A stretch of 64,000 bases of DNA. Source: Wujia sp. (GTDB lineage Bacteria; Bacillota; Clostridia; Lachnospirales; Lachnospiraceae). Below the pieces are notes generated by a model. That model did no database searches, was not told the DNA's origin, and was given only the letters and a program-made list of their open reading frames with translations. The stretch covers positions 5,665 through 69,664 of the forward strand of contig JAZPXZ010000037.1 of assembly GCA_045543915.1 (NCBI GenBank). The letters run 5' to 3'. The position numbers and the translations under genes were made by a program. Of the stretch, positions 9,508 through 19,100 are shown piece by piece. Position 1 is the first letter of the stretch; each line of letters begins with the position of its first letter.

Positions 9508-10257
9508 CTACACCTCTATTTCCGTAATTTTCTTTATAATCATTCCACAAAGCAAAACCGTACAAAGAGCTACGGTTACCACTACATTTCCCATAAGACT
9601 TTGGTACAGACCAATTATGTAAGCCTCATTGGTCAGTCGCATATAAAGCATGATACCGAAGGGCATAAGCAACATAATATAACCCTCTAGTCGCTTAGCT
9701 GACACCATTGTAGCTATCTCCCCCTCAACTGTAATTTTGTCGTTAAGATTCTTCTTGGTCTTATTAATTAGAGCGTTAATATTACCACCATAGCTTTTTG
9801 CCGTTGCCACTAGCCTTGCGAAATTTATCATCTCTTCCTCCTGACACCTTCTACCCATTTCCATAAGTAGTTCTTCTACATTTTGGTTTAGGTTCATACC
9901 ATTTATAATCAGCGCCAACTCCCTAGTCAAAAGGCAAAAATCATTATCCTTCAGCATATCCTCATATGTCCTTCTTATAGCCTGCTCCAAGGAGTATCCG
10001 GCATTAAGCCCTCCCGAAAGCATTGTTATAAATTCTTTAAACTCTCTTCTTAAAGCCTCCTTAACTCCTCTCTTATATTTTCTTCTATCACTTCTCCAAA
10101 TATATATTCCCACCGGAAAAAGCAATGGTGCAAAGTACACCCTGTCATAGAGTAAATATGCAACTAAAACACACACCACACTAATTTTAAGCAGTTCTCT
10201 TATGCACCATGAGTATTTAGGTTTGTATGCGTAATATTCCACTTTCTCCCTCCTCAT
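9508..10257 (-). CDS. tadB: TadB-like (T2SS F family) membrane protein
   Basis: FKEFITMLSGGLNAGYSLEQAI, GGNINALI; follows the ATPase gene. Confidence 0.85.
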   Translation of the reverse strand: MRREKVEYYAYKPKYSWCIRELLKISVVCVLVAYLLYDRVYFAPLLFPVGIYIWRSDRRKYKRGVKEALRREFKEFITMLSGGLNAGYSLEQAIRRTYEDMLKDNDFCLLTRELALIINGMNLNQNVEELLMEMGRRCQEEEMINFARLVATAKSYGGNINALINKTKKNLNDKITVEGEIATMVSAKRLEGYIMLLMPFGIMLYMRLTNEAYIIGLYQSLMGNVVVTVALCTVLLCGMIIKKITEIEV

Positions 10258-11473
10258 AAAGTCTATCCATATTCCAACGAAGAAGCTTATCTACATTCAT
10301 AAGCTGATTTACCTTCATAAGACTTCCTTGAACCCTTCCATTTTCCTGGCCGGTTTCCGTAAACTCAAAAAGCGTATTCAAAACAACCTGTCCATCCTCC
10401 ACACCTAACACCTCGCTTACATTTAACACCCTTCTGGATTTATCTCTCAATCTGCCAAGATGAATAATAATATCCACTGCCTGGGATATCTGCATTCTCA
10501 CCGCCATCAGAGGTATCTCCATACCTGTCAGAACCATAGTCTCCAGTCTGCTAACCATATCCTTAGGAGAGTTTGCATGGCCGGTGGAAAGTGAGCCATC
10601 ATGACCGGTGTTCATAGCCTGTAGCATATCAATTGCCGCTTCATCTCGAACCTCCCCCACTACAATTCTGTCCGGTCTCATACGAAGGCTTGCCTTTATC
10701 AAGTCTCGGATGGATATACTATTTTCACCCTCCACATTGGCATCTCTAGATTCCAATCTAACAAGATTATCCACATGCTCTAGATTTAGCTCTGCAGAAT
10801 CCTCAATAGTAATAATTCTCTCATCCTTAGGTATAAAGCCTGACAGAGCATTTAGAAAGGTTGTTTTACCTGAGCCAGTACCACCTGATATGAAAATATT
10901 GTACTTTGCACAAACCAAAGCCTTTAGTATTTTACTGAAATTCACATCCACAGAGCCCAGTTCAATAAGCCTGTTTATATCTATAGGATTCTTAGGAAAT
11001 CGACGGATAGTTATGGTAGTCCCCGAAAGACTTACCGGGCTTATAACAATATTTACTCTAGAACCATCCTTAAGCCTTGCGTCAACTATAGGACTCGCCT
11101 CATTAATCCTCCTATTGCAATCAGCCACTATCTGCTGGATAAGAGAATGTAGCTTTTCTTCACTGGAAATCCTCTTGTCTGTCTTTATAATTACACCCTT
11201 CTTCTCTATGAAAATAGGACCAGTTCCGTTAACCATAATCTCTGAAATCTCTTCATCCTCCAAAAATTCCGTCAGAACATCCAGTCGACGAAAGGAGTTA
11301 AACAGCTCTGTTCTAAGTCGTACCTTTTCCTTTATGGGAATATACTCACCCTTAGTTTCCTCTAAGATGCATCTGTCAATGATAGCACCTATATCCGAAT
11401 CCTCAAGGCTTACCGTCATGTCCATATCAGCAACTATTCTTTGCCTGAGTCTTTCTCTCACTCCCAATTCCAA
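10217..11473 (-). CDS. tadA: CpaF/TadA pilus assembly ATPase
   Basis: ISGGTGSGKTT, TIEDSAEL, SLRMRPDRIVVGEVR, AMNTGHDGSLSTGHANS. Confidence 0.95.
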   Translation of the reverse strand: MELGVRERLRQRIVADMDMTVSLEDSDIGAIIDRCILEETKGEYIPIKEKVRLRTELFNSFRRLDVLTEFLEDEEISEIMVNGTGPIFIEKKGVIIKTDKRISSEEKLHSLIQQIVADCNRRINEASPIVDARLKDGSRVNIVISPVSLSGTTITIRRFPKNPIDINRLIELGSVDVNFSKILKALVCAKYNIFISGGTGSGKTTFLNALSGFIPKDERIITIEDSAELNLEHVDNLVRLESRDANVEGENSISIRDLIKASLRMRPDRIVVGEVRDEAAIDMLQAMNTGHDGSLSTGHANSPKDMVSRLETMVLTGMEIPLMAVRMQISQAVDIIIHLGRLRDKSRRVLNVSEVLGVEDGQVVLNTLFEFTETGQENGRVQGSLMKVNQLMNVDKLLRWNMDRLYEEGESGILRIQT

Positions 11474-11474
11474 T

Positions 11475-12395
11475 TTATAGTTCTCCTTTGCTTATAAAAT
11501 CCTTCATTTCATCAGAATAATAATTACATACCGGAACATTCAGATATTGAATCTTTTGTCCTATCTCTCTGTATTCCTTGCATCTTAGCAACTCCCTAAA
11601 TGCCTGAAGCTTTACCATAGCCGCCTCATCCTCTAAAATCGGAACATAAATCCTATCCATGGCACTTAAAATATTCAAGTCTGCAAGAACTGCTGTTCCA
11701 ATATCAAAAATCACCCTGCCATAATCACCTGCCATAAGCAGCTGCCCCTTTAGCCACTCGATACTTTCCTTCTTCAAGTGCCTGATATCCATATAAGAAA
11801 GTATTCCTTTAACCTGCCTTAAACCCTGTGAATCAGGGTGAATCTTCTCTATCAGCTCATGTATTTTAATGTTCTGAAATATTATGTGGTACAATATCTC
11901 TTCCCCCAGATTATCTCTAGCTCCAAAGGTCTCAAGACCTATATATAATCCACCCTTATGCCTTATTCCCAAAGCCTTAGCCAAAGTGGTTTTTCCACAT
12001 CTTCCCAGAGGTGAATACACACCATAAAAGGTTTTTTCCCCAATGGGCACAGGGGTCAAATTTACATTCATTTTCTGAAGAATGCTTTGGACAAGAAGCT
12101 GGGCACTCTGATACTTATATATTTCATCTCCTCCATCACATCTTTCCCCAACAAGAGGTATCAGCACTAGACCGGAATTGTTGTTCTTTATTCTTTCTAT
12201 GCACTCCAAATCTTTTTGGGTCCCTTCGCCAAGCAATGCACCATCTAAAAATGCTTTTTCTAGGTACTCCTCTATAGCCGAAACGGAAGAAAATGCCACA
12301 AAGCTTAAACCCAAGGCTCTATGGGAATTCACATATTCCATTAAATTTACAACATAGTGATAATCCTCATCACATATGCCAAATCTATATTCCAA
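11475..12395 (-). CDS. CpaE/TadZ-like ParA/MinD-type pilus localisation protein
   Basis: Degenerate receiver-like N-terminus; YSPLGRCGKTT P-loop; upstream of tadA. Confidence 0.7.
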   Translation of the reverse strand: MEYRFGICDEDYHYVVNLMEYVNSHRALGLSFVAFSSVSAIEEYLEKAFLDGALLGEGTQKDLECIERIKNNNSGLVLIPLVGERCDGGDEIYKYQSAQLLVQSILQKMNVNLTPVPIGEKTFYGVYSPLGRCGKTTLAKALGIRHKGGLYIGLETFGARDNLGEEILYHIIFQNIKIHELIEKIHPDSQGLRQVKGILSYMDIRHLKKESIEWLKGQLLMAGDYGRVIFDIGTAVLADLNILSAMDRIYVPILEDEAAMVKLQAFRELLRCKEYREIGQKIQYLNVPVCNYYSDEMKDFISKGEL

Positions 12396-12882
12396 GCCAC
12401 CATCCTCCCTTCAGCAAATACCAGACGAAGCCACCTAGAACAAATACAGAAAAGGCAACTCTTGTGTACTGCCTGTTTCTTGTAATTACCCCAATAAAAT
12501 CCTTTTCCTTATCCCCATGCAGAGTAATACTTACCAGCCTTCCTATTATCAAACCCACACCATATAGTCCGCACAAGATAAAGCTATATATTACCATCCA
12601 AATGACATCAGCACCCAAAAAAGCTCCCACCGCTGCCATAAGCTTTATATCACCTGCCCCTAGTACCCTAATGGCAAATAATGCCATAAGTCCTGCCACA
12701 GGAATTATCACCCCTACAATTCCATCCCTAAGACAGCTTCCTCCACCTGACACCAGTCTAAGCACCAACCCAATTGCTAGCCAAAATCCAGTATAGCCAT
12801 TTGGTATTTTCCCTGTTCTAACATCATAGCCTGTAGCAAATAAAAGCATTATCAAAATCAATAGTCCTACTACCGTGTTCAA
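12385..12882 (-). CDS. cpaA: A24-family prepilin peptidase (CpaA/TadV)
   Basis: YDVRTGKIPN and LGAGDIKL catalytic Asp motifs; TTG start with RBS GGGAGGAG. Confidence 0.9.
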   Translation of the reverse strand: MNTVVGLLILIMLLFATGYDVRTGKIPNGYTGFWLAIGLVLRLVSGGGSCLRDGIVGVIIPVAGLMALFAIRVLGAGDIKLMAAVGAFLGADVIWMVIYSFILCGLYGVGLIIGRLVSITLHGDKEKDFIGVITRNRQYTRVAFSVFVLGGFVWYLLKGGWWLGI

Positions 12883-12905
12883 AAAAATTGCTCCTCCCTA
12901 TTTGA

Positions 12906-13098
12906 ATTTTGCAGTGGCGGAAAGCGTTCAATTTTTCCGTTTTTTGTTTTTTATGGGGACAGCAAGAATTTAAGGGTTTAACTTGCATTTTCGGGATATA
13001 ATAACTAAAGAAAAGGGCTTCCATACCTCAAGAAATAAAGTGCATCTACTGAAGGATACCTGACCCAAGATAGTTTTACAAAAATGCCACTGCAAAAT
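12906..13098. repeat. Perfect 13-bp inverted repeats enclosing a 167-bp segment in the Tad leader (candidate invertible element)
   Basis: ATTTTGCAGTGGC (12906-12918) and GCCACTGCAAAAT (13086-13098); extends outward to TTGA/TCAA with a 1-nt bulge. Confidence 0.75.
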
Positions 13099-13140
13099 CA
13101 ATTATTTCAGCCGCCAAATTCCCTTGGCTTCTGTGAGGCA

Positions 13141-13170
13141 AATATAACACCTAGAAGTTTTTACAGTAAA
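13141..13170 (-). promoter_or_regulatory. Candidate SigA promoter of the Tad operon
   Basis: TTTACT-18bp-TATATT with TGn extension; lies after two upstream terminators. Confidence 0.45.
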
Positions 13171-13249
13171 GACTAAAAAAGGAAACAAATGTAAGGTTTT
13201 GTAACATTTTGTGAAAATTCTGTGAACCACAAATCCAGGTTTATTACAC

Positions 13250-13288
13250 AAAAAAAGAGAAAACCCCTTGGGAAACCTGGGTTCTCTC
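13250..13288 (-). terminator. Second intrinsic terminator downstream of the DHH gene
   Basis: GAGAGAACCC...GGGGTTTTCTC followed by T7 on the minus strand. Confidence 0.65.
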
Positions 13289-13301
13289 ATCTAAAATACA
13301 T

Positions 13302-13336
13302 AAAAAGACGAAACGAAGTTTTCTCTTCGTTTCGTC
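13302..13336 (-). terminator. Intrinsic terminator downstream of the DHH gene
   Basis: GACGAAACGAAG-loop-CTTCGTTTCGTC followed by T5. Confidence 0.8.
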
Positions 13337-13360
13337 GTAAATTTCCTACGATAGCTTTTT

Positions 13361-14278
13361 CTATTTTACACCGTTTACAAGCTCGTCAAGCATCTTTGGA
13401 AGCATCTCATCCATATTCTCATCAGTAAACTGACAGGTTCCAACCTTCTTGTGACCGCCTCCGCCGTACTTAAGCATAAGGCTTCCTACGTCAACATTTG
13501 AAGTCTTATTGATAATGCTGTATCCAACAGCTGCTGAACAGCCCTTGCCACCCTTACCATTTACTATCCAAGCAGAGATATTCTGCTCTGGGTAAAGGCT
13601 GTAAATCATAAATCTATTACCAGTATAAATAGGGTCAACACCGCGAAGGTCTGTAATAATAACATCCTTCTCAATTCTTGTATGAGCCTTAACCATCTCT
13701 TTGAATTTCTCTGTCTGCTCGTTGTAAACCTCGATACGCTCCTTAACATCAGAAAGGTTAAGAATCTCCTCTGTAGTCATAGTTCTACATGCATCTATAA
13801 GCTCTTCCATAAGCTTGTAGTTAGGAATAGTAAAGTTTCTCCAGCGACCAAGACCAGTTCTAGGATCCATTAAAAATCCGATAAGAATCCAGCCTGTAGG
13901 ATTTAAGATTTCATCTACAGTAAGGTTACCTGAGTCAACCTTATCAACTGCCTCCATCATATCATCAAACTGTGGGAATCTTTCCTTTCCACCATAATAC
14001 TCATATATTATTCTAGCACATGAAGGGGTAATTCTGCTTTCGCCCTTGTACTTACCCTGAAGCTCTAATCTCTCATGCTCACTTGAGTGGTGATCAAACC
14101 ATAGTCCGCAGCCCTCTACAAATGGTACATTTGCCAGACAGTCATTCTCTGTAACAGGAACTAATCCATCCTGTAAATCCTTTGGATGGGCAAATGTCCA
14201 AGAGTCGATAATACCCGCTTCCTTAAGAAGCGCTCCACAAGCCAAACCATCAAAATCTGAACGTGTAACTAATCTCAT
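13361..14278 (-). CDS. DHH/DHHA1-family phosphoesterase (oligoribonuclease/exopolyphosphatase-like)
   Basis: RSDFDG, WFDHHSSE and GGGH motifs. Confidence 0.85.
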   Translation of the reverse strand: MRLVTRSDFDGLACGALLKEAGIIDSWTFAHPKDLQDGLVPVTENDCLANVPFVEGCGLWFDHHSSEHERLELQGKYKGESRITPSCARIIYEYYGGKERFPQFDDMMEAVDKVDSGNLTVDEILNPTGWILIGFLMDPRTGLGRWRNFTIPNYKLMEELIDACRTMTTEEILNLSDVKERIEVYNEQTEKFKEMVKAHTRIEKDVIITDLRGVDPIYTGNRFMIYSLYPEQNISAWIVNGKGGKGCSAAVGYSIINKTSNVDVGSLMLKYGGGGHKKVGTCQFTDENMDEMLPKMLDELVNGVK

Positions 14279-14463
14279 TTCCTAACCCCTTTTCTAGTGT
14301 ATTTTCGTTAAGTAAAACTTTTCTCCAGACCCCTTTGCACTCCCAATACCATATTGCAGAAGTCCATTTTTATAGTATCCTATTTTGACATATTTTTCAA
14401 GGGTATATTATAGTCTAACCTAAGCCATGCCCGGTTGAGCCTTTTATAATGCACAGCCTTCCC

Positions 14464-15480
14464 CTACCATAGCATGATAGAATAATCCCCCTGCCTTGCA
14501 TTTCTTTCCCTCATCTTCCTGTGAAGGGTGTTAAGCACCAGCTTTTTATTTCCAGACCAGGTTGGTGATATAAGAATATTCTTAGGCCCATCCCCTGTCA
14601 CTCGGTGAATCACTATCTCCGGATTAATCCTCTGCAAAGCTTCTATAACCAGCTCCAGATATTCTTCTATATCTAAGGTTTGGAATTTTCCCTGCCTATA
14701 ATCCTCCGCCAGGTCAGTATTCTCCAGCACATGTAGAAGCTGCAGTTTCATACCAAAAGGCCTTATCTTGCTATGACTATCTTGTTCAAACACACCCTGT
14801 TCCACATAGAATACTGTCTCTAGCATTTCCTTCTTGGTTTCCCCTGGAAGTCCAAATATTATATGGGTGATATAAGGTATATCCAGCTTATGTAGATTCC
14901 TGACTGCCTCCTCATATTCAGACAGAGGATAATGTCTCCTAATATACTCTGCAGTTTTATCATGAATGGTCTGAAGCCCCAACTCCACCCAGATAAATTT
15001 GTCCGGATAGCTTTCTCTTAACGCATCCAACACTTCCATAACCTCATCACCTAGGCAATCTGGCCTGGTAGCTATGGATATTCCCACAACATTTTCCTCT
15101 TCTAAGGCTTCGGTCCAGATTCTTCTTAGATAATCTGGATTACCATAGGTGTTGGTAAATGCCTGAAAATATATTACAAATCTATCTCCCGCTTCCTTGT
15201 TAAACCGTGCCTTTCCTTGTACTATCTGCTCTTTGACAGAGAGTTGCTTTAGTCCATCCTGCAGGTAAGCTTCACCCTGACTCTCCCTAAGCTTCACCGC
15301 AAAGTCACCACTTCCACCCTTGCTACAGAAGATACACCCTCTGGTATCAAGACTGCCATCTCTGTTAGGACAGGAAAGACCAGCATCCACAGCAATCTTA
15401 TATATTTTCTGCCCATAGGCATGCTTAAAATATGCATTTAAAGAATAGTATGGCTTATCTAGCCAATCAACCTTACCCAT
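14464..15480 (-). CDS. TIGR01212-family (YhcC/YtqA-like) radical SAM protein
   Basis: CPNRDGSLDTRGCIFC, YFQAFTNTY, IATRPDCL, ELGLQT; likely start ATG 15480. Confidence 0.9.
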   Translation of the reverse strand: MGKVDWLDKPYYSLNAYFKHAYGQKIYKIAVDAGLSCPNRDGSLDTRGCIFCSKGGSGDFAVKLRESQGEAYLQDGLKQLSVKEQIVQGKARFNKEAGDRFVIYFQAFTNTYGNPDYLRRIWTEALEEENVVGISIATRPDCLGDEVMEVLDALRESYPDKFIWVELGLQTIHDKTAEYIRRHYPLSEYEEAVRNLHKLDIPYITHIIFGLPGETKKEMLETVFYVEQGVFEQDSHSKIRPFGMKLQLLHVLENTDLAEDYRQGKFQTLDIEEYLELVIEALQRINPEIVIHRVTGDGPKNILISPTWSGNKKLVLNTLHRKMRERNARQGDYSIMLW

Positions 15481-15529
15481 ATTTATTCCTCTTGCTTCTG
15501 CAAATTTACACTGCCATCTCTCTAACAAG

Positions 15530-15578
15530 AAAAGCGATTACATCCTGTAAGATTATCTCACAAAATGTAGCCGCTTTT
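15530..15578 (-). terminator. Intrinsic terminator of the surface-protein gene
   Basis: AAAAGCG...CGCTTTT long hairpin with G.U pairs on the minus strand. Confidence 0.7.
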
Positions 15579-15593
15579 CAATAAGAATCCGAT

Positions 15594-18398
15594 TTATTCT
15601 TCTCTCTTGGCTTTCTTTACATATGTAGCACCCAAACCACACATAATCATAAGCACAAATACTAACATCATCTGGCTGTCATCCCCTGTAGCAGGACTAC
15701 CAACCGGAGTTGTATTATTTGCAGTCTTCTCGGTAGCTTTACACACTTCACAAGCACCATCTATATACTTATGCTTCTCAGTTTCCTTATGACCACATAC
15801 AGTACATTCTCTTGTATGTGTGCCATCCTTAGCATCAGACCAGCCACCATAGATATGGCTACACTCAGCATCAAAGAAGTATTCTGCAAATATCAGCTTA
15901 TCACCTATACCAAATTCTTTAGAGTTTATCACCTTGCCATTTACAACCACTACAACATCCTCTGCAAAGATATAGCCTTCCTTTGAATAGATTACAAAGG
16001 ATACGCCATAATCCTCATCCTCTTCAAAATAGCCATAGTAATTAAGCCAATCGTCTCCCTTTTCTATCAACCATTCCGGATTATAACCCTCAGTATGCAC
16101 TGCATAGCAGGCACCTTCAGGCACTGTAAACTGTGGTGACATACTAGAGTGTGCTCCTATTGCAGGTTCTGTCACAGTAACCTCCACTCTGTCAATAACC
16201 TTTGCGCTATCTGAGTACTCCCTAAATATGATTTTACCATCACCATTTGCTGTCATGCTTGTGTCTAAATTACCGTTTATGTATACAGCAGTTGTGCTCT
16301 TATCAAATCTGTATCCATCCTTACACCACACTTCAATACGCAGCCTATATGACTTGCCTGCCTCAAAGATTCCGGTAAATTCACAGTAATCATTATATTC
16401 AGCATCCCATTCCTGCCATGCAGCATACATTATCTCATAATCTGCATCCTCAGGAACGCTAATTTCCTCAATAGAAGCCTTCTCTCCTACCTTAAACTCT
16501 GGTACATTATTAACACGCAGCTCTGGTATGATTTTCTCGAAGTTCACTCTACAAACTGATATATAAACTAAGTCTGGCTCTACAAAGCCACTATCAGAAA
16601 AGTCTTTTCCATCTACATAGATGTTAGGATATGTATCAAATTCATAGCCGTCCTTAGGTTCAAGCTCAACATCAAGAAAATACTCGTGTTCCTTCTGGAA
16701 GGCAGTCACCTGTTCTCCTGTGTTTATATCAATCCATGTCGCGGATATAATGCTATAGTTTGCACCCTCCGGAACCTTTAATGTATCCACAGTAGCTGCC
16801 TCACCTAAGGCAGGCTCCTTAACTCCGTTTATCTCTATAGTATCAATAATTTGACGAGAAGAATATATCATATCCAGGCTAGCCCAATCGTTTCCGCTAC
16901 CGCTATTAGCATATGTTACTCCCTCTACCTCCATAGGTATAGAATCAACAAATTGGTATCCCTTATTAGGCTCTACATAAAGATGTAAAGTATAAGATTC
17001 TCTATCCTGGAAGACACCCTCTGGTATCTCTCCACTATCAGTTATAGACCAATAGCCTGTTACACTATAGTTAGCCCCCTCCGGCGCCTGAATCTCAAAA
17101 TATACACCATCAGCACCCTTGTGAATTTCCTCACCAACAACAGCCTCTGGAAGCTTATCAATGACAATCTTATCTATAGATGTCTTAAAGGAAACATGTA
17201 CAGGATTAGTAAGCTGTGCGCCTCCACCATGGAAACCTACAGGCTCTCCCCCAATCTCACCCTGTACATTCTCTGCAAAAGCATAACCTTTATTAGCATA
17301 GATATCAATAAACAAAGTGTAATCCTTGCCTTTTTCAAAGGTTCCTGTAGTATTTCCATCCTCATCTGACCAATAACAAGTGGCAGTATAGTTGCTTCCA
17401 GCTGGAACAGCAACTTCCTTACTTTCAGCTGTGAAGTTCTCACCCACCACTGGTTCAGGCAAGCTATCCTTACTTATTACAACCTCTTCTATAAGAATTG
17501 AATGATCTACGAGAATTTCAGCATATCCATATTGCTTATCAAAGCTATAATTTCCAATATCTACATTGCCGGAAAGAGTTGCATTTTCTCCGAAAACATA
17601 GCCTTCCTTTGGATATATTTCAATCCATAGCTCATATGATTTTCCTTCCTCTATAACACCTGAAGTATCTGCAACTTCGTAAGCCTTATTTTCATAATCA
17701 TATGCATGCCAATAGCCCTTTGCAATATAGCCCTCTCCCTCTTCTATGTAATTGGCAAGAGATTCACCTATATTACCCTCTGGTATATTAGAAAGAACCA
17801 CACTGTCTACAACGCCATTATAATATGGCATCACTAATACATCTACATATGCAAGTCCATCCACAAGGCTTCCACTAACAGTTTCTCCATTCACTATATA
17901 TATTGCGTCGGCAGCAATGGTATAACCCGTCTTTGGTGTTATGACAAGATAAGCCCAATACTCATAATTATACTCAAATTTGTAGCCAGCATCTAATGGC
18001 CAACTACCTGCGTCCTCCCAATCAGACCGTGGTGAAACCTGATAATTGGCTTCCCACGGTGCCTGACAGCTTACAGTATGATTGTCTGACCCAAGCAAAG
18101 GCAAATCAAGTGTTATCTCCACCTGGCTAATCTCTGTTCCTGCCCCATTAAGAGGAGGGTGAGTATTAATTCCCACTGTTATATTAGTCTCTGTGGTAGC
18201 AGTATCTGTATCTGCTATCTGGTCACCTGTCTCAGCTTCTACATTAACAGCATCTGTATCTGTTGCCACACTGTTAGCCTCTTCAGCCTGTGCTGCACTG
18301 ACTGTTAAAACAGGACCACCTGTCACAGAAAGCACCATAGCTAGAGCTACAGCAAAGCTACAAACTTTCCTCATTAAGTCTTTATGTAATTTCTTCAT
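15594..18398 (-). CDS. Secreted, sortase-anchored repeat surface protein (about 7 repeats of ~105 aa)
   Basis: Signal peptide; repeats with P..G..Y..W..G.F..Y.L...P..GY.F; C-terminal SPATG, hydrophobic helix and basic tail. Confidence 0.75.
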   Translation of the reverse strand: MKKLHKDLMRKVCSFAVALAMVLSVTGGPVLTVSAAQAEEANSVATDTDAVNVEAETGDQIADTDTATTETNITVGINTHPPLNGAGTEISQVEITLDLPLLGSDNHTVSCQAPWEANYQVSPRSDWEDAGSWPLDAGYKFEYNYEYWAYLVITPKTGYTIAADAIYIVNGETVSGSLVDGLAYVDVLVMPYYNGVVDSVVLSNIPEGNIGESLANYIEEGEGYIAKGYWHAYDYENKAYEVADTSGVIEEGKSYELWIEIYPKEGYVFGENATLSGNVDIGNYSFDKQYGYAEILVDHSILIEEVVISKDSLPEPVVGENFTAESKEVAVPAGSNYTATCYWSDEDGNTTGTFEKGKDYTLFIDIYANKGYAFAENVQGEIGGEPVGFHGGGAQLTNPVHVSFKTSIDKIVIDKLPEAVVGEEIHKGADGVYFEIQAPEGANYSVTGYWSITDSGEIPEGVFQDRESYTLHLYVEPNKGYQFVDSIPMEVEGVTYANSGSGNDWASLDMIYSSRQIIDTIEINGVKEPALGEAATVDTLKVPEGANYSIISATWIDINTGEQVTAFQKEHEYFLDVELEPKDGYEFDTYPNIYVDGKDFSDSGFVEPDLVYISVCRVNFEKIIPELRVNNVPEFKVGEKASIEEISVPEDADYEIMYAAWQEWDAEYNDYCEFTGIFEAGKSYRLRIEVWCKDGYRFDKSTTAVYINGNLDTSMTANGDGKIIFREYSDSAKVIDRVEVTVTEPAIGAHSSMSPQFTVPEGACYAVHTEGYNPEWLIEKGDDWLNYYGYFEEDEDYGVSFVIYSKEGYIFAEDVVVVVNGKVINSKEFGIGDKLIFAEYFFDAECSHIYGGWSDAKDGTHTRECTVCGHKETEKHKYIDGACEVCKATEKTANNTTPVGSPATGDDSQMMLVFVLMIMCGLGATYVKKAKREE

Positions 18399-18483
18399 CT
18401 TCCTTCTCCTTTCTTATAGTAAATTGTAACCCTAAATATTCAAACTATCCTACAATACCTACAGTATCTTTTTGGGTAAAATG

Positions 18484-18512
18484 ATTATACCAAAATACAA
18501 TATGCGCCACAA
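18484..18512 (-). promoter_or_regulatory. SigA promoter of the surface-protein gene
   Basis: TTGTGG-17bp-TATAAT with TGn extension. Confidence 0.6.
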
Positions 18513-18525
18513 TAATTTTTTGTAT

Positions 18526-18565
18526 AAAAAAGCCGGTAAAATGCAATGCACTTTACCGGCTTTTT
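18526..18565 (-). terminator. Intrinsic terminator after trmL
   Basis: AAAAAGCCGGTAAA...TTTACCGGCTTTTT. Confidence 0.85.
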
Positions 18566-18578
18566 AAAGCTTATTCAA

Positions 18579-19070
18579 TTACCACTCATATCTATGCAGC
18601 TGCCCCTCTTCCTCAAGTCCCGGAAACTCCTGCTGCCTTAGCACCTCATACACCATAATAGCTGCTGCATTAGACAAATTAAGGGACCTCTCCCCCGGCA
18701 TCATAGGTATTCTCACACAGGTTTCCTTACTCTCCAAAAGAATCTCCTCAGGGATACCCCTGCTCTCAGGTCCAAGCATAATATAAGCATTTTCAGGATA
18801 CTTTACATCTGTATACTTCTGCTTGGATTTTGTGGTCGCCATATATAATACCGCATCCGGATTCTTAGCTTTAAAATCCTCAAAATCTGAATACACAGTC
18901 ACATCAACTCTAGGCCAGTAATCAAGGCCTGCTCTCTTAACACTTTTATCATCCAGCTTAAATCCCAGAGGCTCGATTAAATGAAGACGCGCACCTGTTG
19001 CTACACAAGTGCGCCCTATATTTCCAGTATTCATCGGCATCTCTGGTTCGTATAATACTATATTTACCAT
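18579..19070 (-). CDS. trmL: tRNA (cytidine/uridine-34 2'-O)-methyltransferase
   Basis: NIVLYEPEMPMNTGNIGRTC, KRAGLDYW, GPESRG, RSLNLSNAAA SPOUT motifs. Confidence 0.92.
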   Translation of the reverse strand: MVNIVLYEPEMPMNTGNIGRTCVATGARLHLIEPLGFKLDDKSVKRAGLDYWPRVDVTVYSDFEDFKAKNPDAVLYMATTKSKQKYTDVKYPENAYIMLGPESRGIPEEILLESKETCVRIPMMPGERSLNLSNAAAIMVYEVLRQQEFPGLEEEGQLHRYEW

Positions 19071-19100
19071 ACCAAAACTTACCTCGTAATCTATATTAAA

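Noticed and set aside
10608-11480. 290-aa plus-strand ORF and other long antisense ORFs (e.g. 12293-12796, 49231-49698, 28557-28943)
   Set aside because: They lie antisense to well-supported genes, with Ser/Ile-rich shadow composition and no RBS or motifs.
12902-13101. 6S RNA (about 200 nt with a closing stem)
   Set aside because: The closing stem is only ~16 bp and internal pairing is patchy; not supportable without a covariance-model search, so it remains only as an alternative in the finding.
12883-13140. c-di-GMP or cobalamin riboswitch upstream of the Tad operon (GCCACTG is present)
   Set aside because: Lacks the GEMM GCAAA/GAAA-tetraloop/receptor pattern, the c-di-GMP-II pseudoknot and the cobalamin GGGAA/B12-box core; GCCACTG is part of the inverted repeat.
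15594-18398. Diversity-generating retroelement or shufflon target among the repeat proteins
   Set aside because: No reverse transcriptase, recombinase or near-identical template/variable repeat pair; repeats are highly diverged at DNA level.
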